A stretch of DNA of 64,000 bases from Balanoglossus misakiensis (lineage: Eukaryota; Animalia; Hemichordata). Location of the stretch: NCBI GenBank assembly GCA_040954595.2, contig CM082584.2, forward strand, positions 11,250,552 to 11,314,551. Direction: 5' to 3'. Shown piece by piece: positions 38,501 through 51,600 of the stretch. The translations under genes were made by a program, and so were the position numbers. Under the pieces are notes generated by a model. That model saw only the letters and a list, made by a program, of their open reading frames with translations, was not told the origin of the DNA and did not search any database. Positions within the stretch are counted from its first letter, which is position 1. Each line of letters starts with the position of its first letter.

Positions 38501-41500
38501 CGACGAAAATAAATTTCTTGAAATTTCTGGAATGCAAAGATAGGGGAGGAAAACAGCTCAGAGCAGAGACATCAATTGTCTGATTGGCTGTCGCATGAAC
38601 TGTTCTCAAATTGGTGGCCAAAGTTGGCCATCATATCCGAAAAGGGCGGTCACCTGCTCTCACCCCTAAAATACTAAAAACTCACAATGACCTCAAATCA
38701 GTCACTGAACTTGGCAGCAAGTAATGTCTTTGTGAAAACAAAACCAGCTATAAAACTGTCACTGGGCTATACCCCCCACGGAATCAATCTAAACTGGCAT
38801 CTCTTTTAGTGTTTATTGTACCTACATGTACTATCCCCTATTGTATTACAATGAATCAGAGGTTGCCAACTCTCCAATTTTGGATTTGATTTATTTCTGG
38901 ACTGTGATATGAAATATGAAAATTATTTGTCCCTGGTATGTTGCCAGGACGACGTCGTATTGACACAGTAATAACAATTATGAGTAAGTGAGGCAGTAAA
39001 TTCTTGTGCCTTGCTCCACTGGCCACCTTCGGAGTTTTGAGTGTCATATTGTTATGATGGATGATTCTGATACATCCCCTTTTTTATGATGACAAGCTCA
39101 GTTGGAGGTCTTAGCTCTGGGTGAAATGTAAACTGGCTAACCGGGGCAGAAATTCTCACACATCAGGGGAGAATCTTGGCACATTATATAATTACCAAAG
39201 GGTGTAAGTCACACATGCCGTAATAGATGGCTTTTTAATTGGCACTGTCTCTATGAACGTAAATATTGACTAACAGACGACACATGGGGTTGGACACTAT
39301 GACATCCCCCACTCCGAGAGGGGCCGATCTTTGCCACGTTTAATGACTAAACGATGACTTGCAATCATGGTGTCTGCCCCTGCAGCAGAGTGACACCCGA
39401 GATTTACATGAGGAATGTCAGATCATGACCGTTTCCTCAATGGGTCTTCTTCACAACAACATGCCGTACCACCCAGTGAATGTGTGCGCGCTAGTGCCAA
39501 TCCACAATCACACAAAATGTGATCTTGCCCCCCCCCCCCTAAAAAAACAACAACCCACATCATGCCACTGTTCCTTTAATACCACACACGAACAGCTTCG
39601 GAAAAGAAAGTGAGTTCTATACAACAGTGAGTTCCACGATTACAGTACATGCAGCAAGAGACAGGCTGCTTGATAAATACCACCAAGAATCAGTCGAATG
39701 CCAACAACAGTGTATTTGCAAAACCTGGATTGTAATCAGAATTGTGTTAATATATATCAGGTGAAAATAATCACATCTGCTGTCGGTCAGCCCATGTCAC
39801 ACAGCAGACTACCGGTACTATATTCTGGCAAAATGCCATCTGATGTCTGCTACAGATACAGATGTCTCTACACGACATCGTTTGGCTCTGTGGTAACTGT
39901 GCACTGCGAAATTAACCAACCCCCTAACCGTGATGCGTAACACAACAGGCAATATACTGACACCTTGTTGGACAGTTACATGCATGTACACTACTGCTGA
40001 TGTGATTAATATCAACTTGTCGCATTGCGAGTCCTGTCAATCACCCATGGAAACTCGGCTACACCTGAATAAAAAAACCAGGTCAGTTGCTTTCAGACAA
40101 AATGATGTAGCTGAGGAGGAAAGGTTATCAGCAGACGACAGCAACACAGGTTAAACGATCAAATAATTCCTAAATGTTTTTTTTATCCCCGAGAGGTGTC
40201 AGGTGACAGGTTTTTTTTTTACCAAGAGCCATAGCTATTGGGCCAACTGCACCGTATCTACTTTCCGGAATTTTTCTTTTCTCTCCAAAATATGAGTTGT
40301 AAACTAACGCTCGTATCTTGACCACAGCAGTGTCTGGTATCAGGCTATCACCTCCACCACAGAGCAAAGTAAGTGTCAAATATCACTTGGAGGTGTTGAA
40401 TACATCTCGCAGCGATTTCACTACTGCTTGAATGAAGGGTAGAGTTTTAAGGAGATAGAAAGAATTCCAAATAGTAGTGAAAACTAATCTGTAAGCCACA
40501 GAGCCTCCATATGAATATCTCCAGGACAGATTGATCGTTCCTTCACACGAAATACTGTTCGTGTGCCTTGACACACCTACAGCTGCAATTCTGATTTCAT
40601 TTAGTTCAATTTATGTGAATATTTGTGTCATGGATGAATGTTTGTGTCGTGCTTAATATTGTGTTGCTTTCAACTATGGTCTGTACATGGTTCTATATTG
40701 CAATACACCACTATACCAAATGAAAACAAAAAGACTTGCACCAAAACTACGGTGGCGAAAGGGTTTAAAGGGAACCCACTCTACGCCTTGTAACTCAGAC
40801 TGTCGAGCAGCCTTCTCAGTGCAAAGGTTAGACTGGATGTGAGATTATGACGCACGTCAATCATTTCTCCCAAACAATAGAGAGAGTGTGTGTACACAAA
40901 ATGAAAATATAAATGATTAGATAAACACAAGGTGTGATAAACACTTAATCAGTGATGTTAGGCTGTTTTGTGCAAATAGGAAACTCACAATTTATGACTC
41001 GGGCACATTTTGACCACATTATACATGATAAGAACTGTCTCAGCATAACATATGCTATTGCTTTAAAAATACAAACCTGCCAAGCCAAAACAAACACCCT
41101 GCAACTTGAATTTGAATGAGACGAACCTCTATACAGAAATACCACAAAATCAAAAATATTCAAAGGCCTTACCTTTGTCCTTTGGTACAGATATAAATTT
41201 ATTCACTAGAGATTCTTTCTCAATAATGTAATCTGAGGTAGAAATATGTGTTAAAGTCATTAACAATTAATACATAAATTGTTACCAAAAACTGAAGGAG
41301 TTTCGTCATTTCATTATTATGACTTTCACCCTTTCACCCCCATTTCCCCCTTTACGAAGTCCATCTTTACCAGAAAACAATGGATTTGGACCAAACCATG
41401 ATGGTGAATGGGTTAAAACAGATGCAAGCCTCACATCTATCTGCACCACTTTCTCTATCCTTGCAATGCCAAGGACAAGTCGGCAGGTCAGTGAACTCGT

Positions 41501-44500
41501 GGGTGACATCTCAATAACGTCACAACCTGTGGGAATTTCTTTCCCCCCAAGCAGACAGAAACCTCCAGCCTAAAAGAAACAATGTATCCACCTGCGGAAA
41601 CAATGCGGCCAGTGTGTGGCGGGGGTGTTCTCAAAAAAGCCGACCACAAAAGCTTGAAAGAAGACACCCGAGAGCTGACACAAAGATGAAACAAGGGCTG
41701 AATACAGACAAAAAAACTAATACAAACAGGAAGAGATGTGTAGTTTCACTTTGATTAATGATGCTGAAATAATACTTTTGGGGGGTTTCTGGGTTTTTCC
41801 TTGATTGTAATCCTCAGACAACTTTATTGCTTTTAATCATTTTAATAGGCTTTTGTTCCCTTTCAAGTGATGTCCAAACTTTGTCTTCCAAACTGATCAT
41901 CTCTATTGTTGCCTTTATACCAACTATGACACACTCCCTGAGCAGTTGTATTCAGTTGATGAAACACCGGTCCTTCAAAGAAATTCTGCGTACCTATTAA
42001 TTAGTGGACACAGAACCGGGAAGATCAGAGGAGAAAAAAGACCTTCGGTGACTGGGCAGTGATTCCACCCTTTGTGATATGGCGGCAAAGAAAGATAACA
42101 AAGACTAAAAAAATCACGTTCAGGGGAATCATGCATGATGTCACAGTCAGACAAGCCGGAAGAAAAGCCATGGATTCACGAATAAACTTCATGCGACTGC
42201 CCTTGCATCGGGTCCTCAAAATAGGAGAGCGCAATCTTGTGACCACTTTTACCTTCCATTGACTCAGACATGCAGAGCTGCTCACAACTCTCTCTCTCTC
42301 ATTCAGTGTTCTGTTTTAAAGCATCTCAAGTCAATCATGAATTGAGCATTTCACTCGCTTCAACAACCCAGCTGCTGTCACTTTGGTTTTCATACATCAG
42401 TGATGAAGCATGATTAAAAGCTCCCCAATGGAAATTTTGCATATTTATTGCCTATCCAACAGAAACTTTGCATATTTATTGCCAGTGGACACGTTTCTTC
42501 TCAGTTTCTTGATTCCATATACTTCTCTCTAGGGTCTATGACATAATATACTACATATAGAAGACTATCCCAGAAACTGATGTGCGCTTTGATGTCAAAT
42601 ATGTGGAAAAAAGGCATCACCTTATTGTCAATGGAGGAAAGTTTCCAATTGACCTATCAAAGAAGAGGTCACAGATCACGTGATCTAGTTGACCAATGAG
42701 AACTGTTTGATAATATAAAATTTACATACACACACAAATCCATACACACTTTCAGCATTCATCATTATTCTACTGAAAAAAGGATACAGGTCTTTTCATC
42801 GTCATTGGCATGCTCCAATTTGTCAGCCTCTTTTCCAAATAAGGTCTGTAAATATAAAATAACACATACAGGGAGGTAGGTAAAATCGGTGAAGATCTGA
42901 AACTGATTCATGATGAAATGAGCATGAAACTAGAATGTCAAAGAAACCCGTTATTCTGTCCAATGACAGGAAGACACAAATCAAAAACCATTAATTGATT
43001 TTGTGAGCTCAACCTTTGCGGCACAAGAGCTTGTACGTGGTGGAGAGCACAAAATAGCCTCACCGTCTCAAGTACCTTAAGCATGTACACGATTTTCACT
43101 CTAACATATTTTTAAAAGGAGTAGGCGATTGAGACCTTGAGACGCGACAGATTTATCACCGCTGAGGTGACGATTCGAATCTGGAACAGCCAAGCTGCTA
43201 AGAACGACTGAGCTTTGGCATGCACGGCAAGCTGCTTCTCACAGTCTAGGACTTTGACCGGCTACACTGTCTGATACACATGTTGCATACAAAGCAAAAG
43301 GACACAGAAATTATTGTCTCCCTTTGGATAAAACTTGAGGGATTTAATTGTGAATGTGACACAGAGTGAAAAAAAGACCCACTGCTTCGCAAAAATTGAT
43401 GAAAAAAGATTCATGCAGAAGATGCCAGAATAGTGTCATGTTTCATTTTATATCGCTCGTTGCTTGATACAATTGAACCTTTCAGGTTCAAAGAACTAGA
43501 CATCGCATGAACCTGACTTGCATCACTACTTGCCGACCGACCATCACCTCAAATCGACCTTTTCTCTGTTTCTCATCAGAATGCAGCAGTTGCCAGTTTG
43601 GTTGGTTGGAAATAAAGAAGGAAAATCTCCTTTTCGTAGCATAACTCACCTTCCACAGGGTGGTTTTAATAAAGAGTAGAATATTCAGTAACTTGGTTTC
43701 TCTTTTAAAGTTCTTCTCTCTGATGAAGAGCAAGTCCAGCATTCTAAAACCTACATGCTGGCCAAGCTCAGATAACCTACAGAAGATAAAGCAAATATCA
43801 GAAAAAATGATACTGTGTCCTTTACAATTGTAGGCTAGGTCTAAGATGTGATGAATAACTTGGTATGCAAAATAATCACAGAAGGGCCAATTTGTTTGAG
43901 CAATACGTTGAGGTCAGCAATAAAACAGATTTCTGTTTCCATCCAATATTTGTGCAATTCCTCAAAGTGAAATCACAGGCTGTCTGAGCAAGTAATGGGG
44001 TCGGGAACCTCCAATAAAACCTGAGATTTATTCCATAGACATGGTAATTCATAGGTGCGTTTCCGGCTGGTCAGCCCACCTAAGTGCAAAATGGATGTTA
44101 CGTCGGCAGGGGAGAAGTCATCTGGGAATGAATTCTTTGAAACCTTAGAAACAGCAGATGACTGGGGTTATCCTTGAAAAGCATTCATCAACTCACTTTG
44201 TCTGCAGTTCGGGCACAGTGTAAACACGGTTCTGGCAGTATTGTACCATTTCGGAGAACAGCAATGCGAAGGTACTGATGTTGACCTGCAAAGGGGGGTG
44301 GAGCAGAGAGAGAGAGAGAGAAGATGACACCCACTGATGAGCAAAGTCGTGCGGAGGATGATACTTCCCCCAGTGCATTTTAATCGGGTACTTAAAACAC
44401 CACTGGAGTACATATGTAGCATTCCACGCTAAGATCTCAACTTTCTGTAGCCCTCTTCCAATTTGCCTGTGACAGATATCAACAAACAAAACATAATGCC

Positions 44501-45618
44501 AGGAATGTTGGGCCAAAATAACAGTCCAAGGGGTTAGAATACCATGTGATTGCTGTAAAAGAAAACTATTTACAGGTTTTTGAAGATATATGGTTTTAAG
44601 TACATGCTCAGTTTTCACTCATTTTCATCACTCTAATTTTTTAACCTTATATGGTTGACAAAGTCTACATTTTTTTATTATTCATCCAAGAAAAATGTAA
44701 CACTTCCATAACTTTTTAAATATTAGTCTGGCAATATTGTAAATATCAAATCAAACCTGGAAAAAATGTAATAATTTTTTTCAACCAGTACTCCATAAAT
44801 GGCATATCAACTCTGAAAAAATGGGAACAATGTTCCGCAAAAATAAGTTTGTTGAATTCCCAGCCCCGCCCACAGATACCGTTATCCCAGTAACATCATT
44901 AAATTATTCCGACTGGAATCAGTTCTGACAAAATATATTACCACACAACATATAATTTATTATTCACATTACAGTATGAATTTTCGGGTTCATTTAGTCT
45001 GGTCCCAAGTTTTTCAACACCACGTTAATTTCAACAGAACATGTTGTCATCTTAAAAATAAAGTTTTTAGCCGACTTAGAATATACCTTTAAAAAAGTAT
45101 GTTGTGAGTTTAAACAAGTAAGTCATAAGCTAAAATGCAAGGTTTGTAACCTTGATGACACTCCATACAATACACGCTTCTCCAAACTATTTTTCCACCC
45201 TTGAGCGAGGTGGTAGATCCGATCGCCATGGTTACATGTGACAACAATATGGCAACAGTGGATTCTGAATAGTATGGCAACGTATTCTTCCCGGCAATAA
45301 GACAGCACGCAGTTATATTGCTGTGCTGCAGTATAACGCGCGTCAACAGAGGCAAACTCCTCTATCATCCATCGATGGCTGGCTATCCACGACACTGGTG
45401 TGCACATAAACAAACGTTTCCCCGTTTGCCACGTAGCATCGATCTACAATTTCGAGATCAGACTATGTACCACGATACATTATGCATATACGGAAACGGG
45501 GTGTACTGATCATACAAAGATCTGCAGAGGAATATTGCCAAACACGTAGACATACCTCCGCTTTGCCTTTGCTCAATGGGCGATCCAGGATGCTTGCTTT
45601 TCCTCTTCGGTCCGCCAT
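26540..45618 (-). CDS. TRAPPC5: Trafficking protein particle complex subunit 5 (Trs31), 186 aa, 7 exons
   Basis: Exons 45618-45556, 44285-44197, 43776-43650, 42845-42788, 41232-41173, 28459-28395, 26638-26540 (561 nt, phases consistent). The translation includes MADRRGKASILDRPL, FALLFSEMVQYCQNRV, LFGKEADKLEHANDD, LNCAAFTAGIVEAVL and PAKVTAHWHKGTTLMIKFEE, matching the known TRAPPC5 sequence end to end. Confidence 0.97.
29777..29847. repeat. (TCAC)n / (ATTT, ATTC)n compound microsatellite
   Basis: tcactcactcactcactcac...cactcactcactcactcatttatttatttattcattcattc is read directly. Confidence 0.85.
36851..37025. repeat. Short 25-bp repeat (two tandem copies plus one dispersed copy)
   Basis: gttgaa(c/t)tgtgacgcagt occurs at about 36852, 36972 and 36997. 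Confidence 0.75.
41233..42787 (-). other. U12-type (minor spliceosome) GT-AG intron, TRAPPC5 intron 4
   Basis: 5' splice site T|GTATCCTTT (42787-42779) is the full U12 consensus. A branch-like ACTTTAAC at 41257-41250 lies about 19 nt before the AG, with a weak pyrimidine tract. Confidence 0.85.
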
Positions 45619-48600
45619 GTTTGATTTGTGTACGCATGCGTGGTTCAATAAAATGTGCGACCCGTACCGCCGGTAATATACAATACACAAAGTAATACTC
45701 AACCAGCAGTCTAAACACTGATAGTACAGATTGAAGTGTACCTGTGTAGTGTGTGGTACACATTTCTCTCGCACTTAAAATCGACGGCGACTCTTTATGT
45801 CAAACTAGTCCAGGCTACACACCAAAATCATAAAAGACCGTTTTGCCTGATTTCATCTTTTCAAGTAAACCCGACGGATCTCTGATACAACTTTCCTGAC
45901 GGAGTACGATATTTTTCATCGGCGGCAAACGAACGGAACACGTTCGATCACACACTGCACTGACTGTGTTTATAGAATTGGGTTTTGAAGCTACGTGAGT
46001 CTCGATCAGCGCCAGGGCGTCAAAACACAAGGTACGTCGGTCTTTAAATATTGTCTCGAGGCTAATGGTTTTTTTTATTATATGTATATTTCAGAATATC
46101 ATTTGGCCCTGCGGTGTCACTGAGTTAATACTCTGTAACGTTATAATATGCCCCGGGCGATGCCTGCCACTCAGACAGTCTGAGTAGTATAGTTTTTTTC
46201 TGTAGACATGGCAAACAGCCGTCATGGCATACCTCAAGCGCCGTCTCCCGCGTCCGACCGCGGTTCTATGTTCACATGATGTTTCTCCACTTCTCAGTAG
46301 CGGCGGGAAATTTGATGGATCGGACAGTTATCACACAAGAAAAATCTAATTTGATTTTTAAAACACGATCTTCGTTGCTGGGTACTCTTGACACGTGAAT
46401 CGCATACACGCACTGACCTACAACATGCGCCACCGGTCGGGCGCGGACAGGCGCTGTTGGATTGAGTTGTCATCTACGGTTATCAATGTGAAATATTAAT
46501 AATCGATGATGAAGCATACATATAGGAGGTCTGCGATCGCGCGTGACCGCATTATTGCATCATTAATAAAAGTTCGCCTTTCAATATTTGCTGAACTGTG
46601 TGTACGATATCAAACATATCGAACACACAGACTGATCTGAACGGATGCGTGTCTATTTGGAAATCACGACCGACGCACGTGTACGTACGCGTACAGACCC
46701 TGCAATATACATATTCTGGTGTCAGTTTCCGAAAATCTCACTGAAAGTGATCACCTTGGTCGACCTGTGGCACGCACAGGCCACTCACGTGATCCTCTGC
46801 AATAATAGCTTGGAATACTTGTAGTTCATTCAATCTTTCTTGACTGACTGACTCACTCACTTGTGCCGACTGAACGGAGACTGTGGAAGGCGGGGCAACC
46901 CTTTAGTGTTTGTACTGAATGGGACTAGCCTATAGCCTGGGATTGCGAAAACTCGGCTTCTATTGAGGGCAATGCGGCCGTGAGATCTAATAGGCCTAGA
47001 TCCATCCAATCCGCTTCCTTTACCTGAGTCGAAGTTTATCCATGTTTTACAAGAGGTAAGATATTACGTCATCTGGACTCTAGTATAGTTGGGACACACG
47101 ACTGAAACTCAACAGGAGATACGGTGCGTTATTTCAAACATTGTCCACAGGGCAATAAATTATATCGTTGCCTAAATAGGATGTTCTTCAAGGAGTTGTA
47201 TACGTGTCTTAAGGACCATCGCCGCGCGAACAACGTCATCATTGGTCATCCTTGTTACTTTCTTCACAGAAAAATTGCCGGTTGTTGGGGAATCATTTTT
47301 TGCCGGCAAAAGAGCTCTAACGCACGGTGCTATTTTCATTGGAAATTAATGATCCATATTTAGTCGCCGAGTTTGCCATCAACAGGAAATGGACGTGCAG
47401 AAGAGCAGGCATTGGGAATATTTTTGGTCAAATTTGTGTTTGTCGGGGTTTTGGTGCGCTTCCCATATTTAACCACGCCCACACCAACGTACCTGTCAGC
47501 TATTAAAATACCGGTACTTAAAGTTCACGTTTTCCCCGGTTCACTGTATCAACCAGTATACTAGTAAATCGTGTTTATTAATAATTTTTATTCATAAGCG
47601 CTGGCGGGATGTCTAACTTAACTGCTATAATAAGAATGAGCTCAAAATAAGTCTACGCAAGCTGTAACTACGAAATTAGTTTTAAAAAGATCTGTAGACC
47701 TATTTATATTGAAATGTTATAATATCCTATGTAGGAAGTTGGACAGCGTATTAGCATGTAAAATTTTCGTTAATTACAATCTTACTAGTTTTATGAACAA
47801 TTTTGCTATGGAAACGTAGTCGTAGACGTAATCCGCTTTTACGCGCTCAGTAGTTTTCTTCGCAAAAAGGGGAAACGTCGTTTCCGTTATTATAGCGCAT
47901 AAACTTATGGTAATGTGTACATCCATGCAGTGCACAGAGTAAAGTGCGTTCGGTTTTCTGAATTTTATATTTCATATCCCTGCATATCAAGCTTCAATTC
48001 TGTTCTAAGGCTCAATATGGTCGAACCAAGTAATGCGACAATACCGACGGGAAAAATCGCGATTGCATCATGTTTCCACGCACGCGTCGCCGTAGTTACG
48101 CATGCAATCAACGAGCTAAAGGAGCTAGCCGGTGCGATATTTTGAAAATCAAAGCACGTTCGCGTGTCAGACATGGATGAATCTTGGAAATCTGCATGTG
48201 TTTTATTACTCATTTAGAACAGATCATTCCAAACCAAACCACAATTACATGATTGTCCTGAGACAAAACCCGAAACCCGGACACAATCTTGATGAACTCG
48301 GCCAGTGGTATAGGCTGACGTCTGAACAAGTAAAGTTCAGTAGAAATCATTGCAAACATTTGGCACTCGTGACATCTTAAGATTAGATGGCATGTACATC
48401 TGCTGAAGTTATATCTACCCTCTCAATGAAAAAGTTTATACGTTAAGCGCGAGAATTGCCAGTTCCGGTGGAATCCGATGTCCCACCGGAAGAGCAATAA
48501 CCAAGACTGGCATATCATTCCATTTGTCACACAAAACGATGTAAGGAGCGAAGGACACGGGATCAAGGTCACAATACGTTAATAGTTCTGGAAATGTAAA

Positions 48601-51600
48601 ATAAAAGTAGTTCCTTATTTCAGTCCCAGCTGCATTTCTTGTGAAACTGGAAATCTTAATGCAGTCAGTGCGATTCTAGGCGCGATTTTTGTATATTGTA
48701 AATTCTGCCAAGGAGTTTAATACGAAAACATTATTATTCACATCTTGATGAAGTTAGTGGTCTCTCGGTAATGGAATTTAAGATATGCTGGTATGAATGG
48801 GAGTGCAGTCTAGTGATGCGTCTATATGGCCTATTTGTGGTGACCCTTGAGATAATTAATGGGGAAGATGTTTGCGGAACTCGAGATCTGATGACATGAT
48901 CTGACGTGGACTCGTCGCGTGGGGGGGGGGGGGGTGAGAAAATTTATTTTCTGAGAACGTTCAGCCTGCGGGTTCGCCGTCGGTCCCCCGCGGGCGACGT
49001 GTCTGTCGACAGCCGGGTGCTTGTACTAATGTTGCATAGTTTACTGTCAAGTCGTTAAACATTCCCGGCACGCACCATTGACGACGGAGAACCACGTGAG
49101 CGTCATCATCCCGTGACGGCTGCAGTGCTTAACATCTTTTCAACGCCAAGACGAATGGGATGGGAGGAACCCGCGCCATCTCCAATACCGGCTCGTGAAA
49201 GCGTTGATGGGAACACGCCACCGAGTCGGAAAGTGGTGTGATGTCCCCCGATGCAATGAGAAGCCAGCTTGTTAATAGGCATCACCACGACGGCTCGTCT
49301 GATTGATGTATTTAAATATTTTAATGCTCAGGTTAGGTAAATACAGGAGAAGTGTTCTCTGGAAAGAAAATTTAGGAATGATACACGAAAAATTCGACGA
49401 CGCGGAGGATTGAGTAGTAGGTATGTCTCCATAAACATTATTTATTTTCTAAAGTATCCTACTGGGTTTTTACATAATATAATTCATCGAAGTAAAGGTC
49501 GCGCCCATCGCTGTCAGTTTCTCGTCGCAAGTTCAACGAGTGGAACCAGAAAAATGCGTATAATATTTCCGGATCCAATCGACCGTGTAATAGATCTATC
49601 CGGTACGTAATAAAATCCACATTTGGCATTGCTATTTTACTGTTCGGAATTTGAACTGAATATCGCGATATGTCATAAAACTTCTAAATGTGGGCGCTGA
49701 TGAAGTAGTTCAAGGACTTCTTATTCTGGCGGTAAAGTAATGGGGGGGGGGTAACATAAAGATATTATTTGCGATGAACGAGGAAGAAATGAATATCGGT
49801 TTAGCGTGTGGTGGCAAGCACTGTAACTTCAACGTCACATAATCACCATATGGTGATTTTTTAGGCCAGGATAGCGTCCTATATATAGTGCAAATCCCCA
49901 CATGCCTGTCCGATCATGCAGAAACAATAGTTCGCTTATAAATGTGGTTTCTAACTGGTGAACGCTGTGAATGTAATGATACCACAAGGCAGATGCATTC
50001 TTCCTTGAAGGGCTGTGCTTGGAAATGTCGATGTAGGCCTAGTATGCGTGCGGACTTTGTGAGGTGATGAAGATGGACATATGAATTGCTGATTGCATGT
50101 ATGTTGCGATACGTACACAGTTAGTGCTTTTTGTCTCCTCCAAGATGACCAAGTTCTCCGCATGCTAAAAAAAAATTGAAAAGCGGATTGGCGAAGCACA
50201 AAAGTCTGCCGCCATGAAAGAAAAATATTTATGTTCACACATTAACCAAAGATGTGACAACAGTCTATTTGTGACAGAAGAAACAGAACAAAAGCAGATA
50301 AAAGGTCGATGGTTATGACGTAATCAGGTGTTTCTCTTCCATTGAAGTGCTGATGTGTAGCTTTTGTTCATATGTACGAACCACAACGCATTAGATGACC
50401 CCTGTCGGCTGAATACTAACGGCGCGAAACAACAGGGGTTGTTCAAAATGTGTATAGCAAAGAGGACCCCTGCATAATAAATGTACAGGTACGTACGTGC
50501 ACTAGCTTTTGTTCGCCAACCACTTCAGTTCGGCTGAACCCGTTTTACGTAATTGCCCGATTGACGTTAGCACTTAGCATATAAATCAGAATCGCCAACG
50601 ATTGTGTTTGATATTTTAATATTTCCAAATGGTTTCAGTTTTGGACAAGGCCAGGAGTATCAGCACCGTTTTGTGTGTGTTCATGCATACGTGTTTGACA
50701 AAATCTAGGGACTTTGAACTGTACGGGCGGAGAGTGGGGCTGGCAACGATGTTCCAAGGGTATGTTAAAAGTTTGTATTTTGTGGCTTGCGGTGAGTCTG
50801 TTGAAAGGTTATGGGGGAGTACCTAGTGTGCAGGGGATAAGTCATCTCGTATATATATCATTTTCCACAGTGACAGATAGATATATAAAATGAATATAGT
50901 GTGTCATAACCTGGTGTTTAAAATGTCATTCAACGCATACAAGCGCGGACTTTGCAAGGAACTGGGGCTAGAATTAACCAAGCTAGTTTGACCCTCTACG
51001 TCGCGTCGAGTCAGTGCAGCGCTGACGTCCGTGTAAGTTTTAATCAACCCCGAGAAACGTTTCTTTGTTTTACTGGCTTCGTGTCAACAGGTAAGTTTGT
51101 TTCTAGGCGTGATTGTGATAAGCACTTGTATGTTTTGCGCTAATCGGAGCCTGGGTCGGCTCGGTTTGCGTGGATTGCGCGTAGATGTGTATGCGACTTA
51201 AGCGGTGCCCAGGTACCTGCGTCTTCTACAAATGACTACCGTTATATGCGACCCAGAGGTGGAGACAATTGGCCGAGACCAGTTTCCGCCATACGCGCCT
51301 ACTGTTTTCTCTAATCCGCTAATCTGGAAACTCTCCCACACAAGTCAGCTTGTAACGGTTCCCTTGTTTGCCAAGTCTCCCTAATCGCTCCGGCCGATTG
51401 CGCTTGCGGTCTGCTCGACCCGTCACATCATCGAGCGCTTAGCGGCTGCGTCGCAGGTGTCAGTATATTGTGGTACCAGCATTGTTGTTCTTCTTTTGTG
51501 TGCCATCGGACCCTATGCCGCATTTTGTCCAAGCCTTGTAGAAGCGGAGCGTTTCACGTGAAGCTATAGTCTTTAGCGTTGTGCTGCGATTAACAAGACG

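Noticed and set aside
41234-41250. TGAGGTAG, a let-7 seed-like sequence
   Set aside because: It is the reverse complement of the TRAPPC5 acceptor (CTACCTCAG); there is no hairpin or rest of let-7.
41306-41573. Overlapping ORFs on both strands inside the U12 intron
   Set aside because: No homology recognised, and the lengths are within chance expectation.
43150-43225. A-box-like (AGCTCAGTCG) and B-box-like (GATTCGAATC) motifs on the minus strand
   Set aside because: No cloverleaf can be drawn; at most a decayed tRNA-derived SINE fragment.
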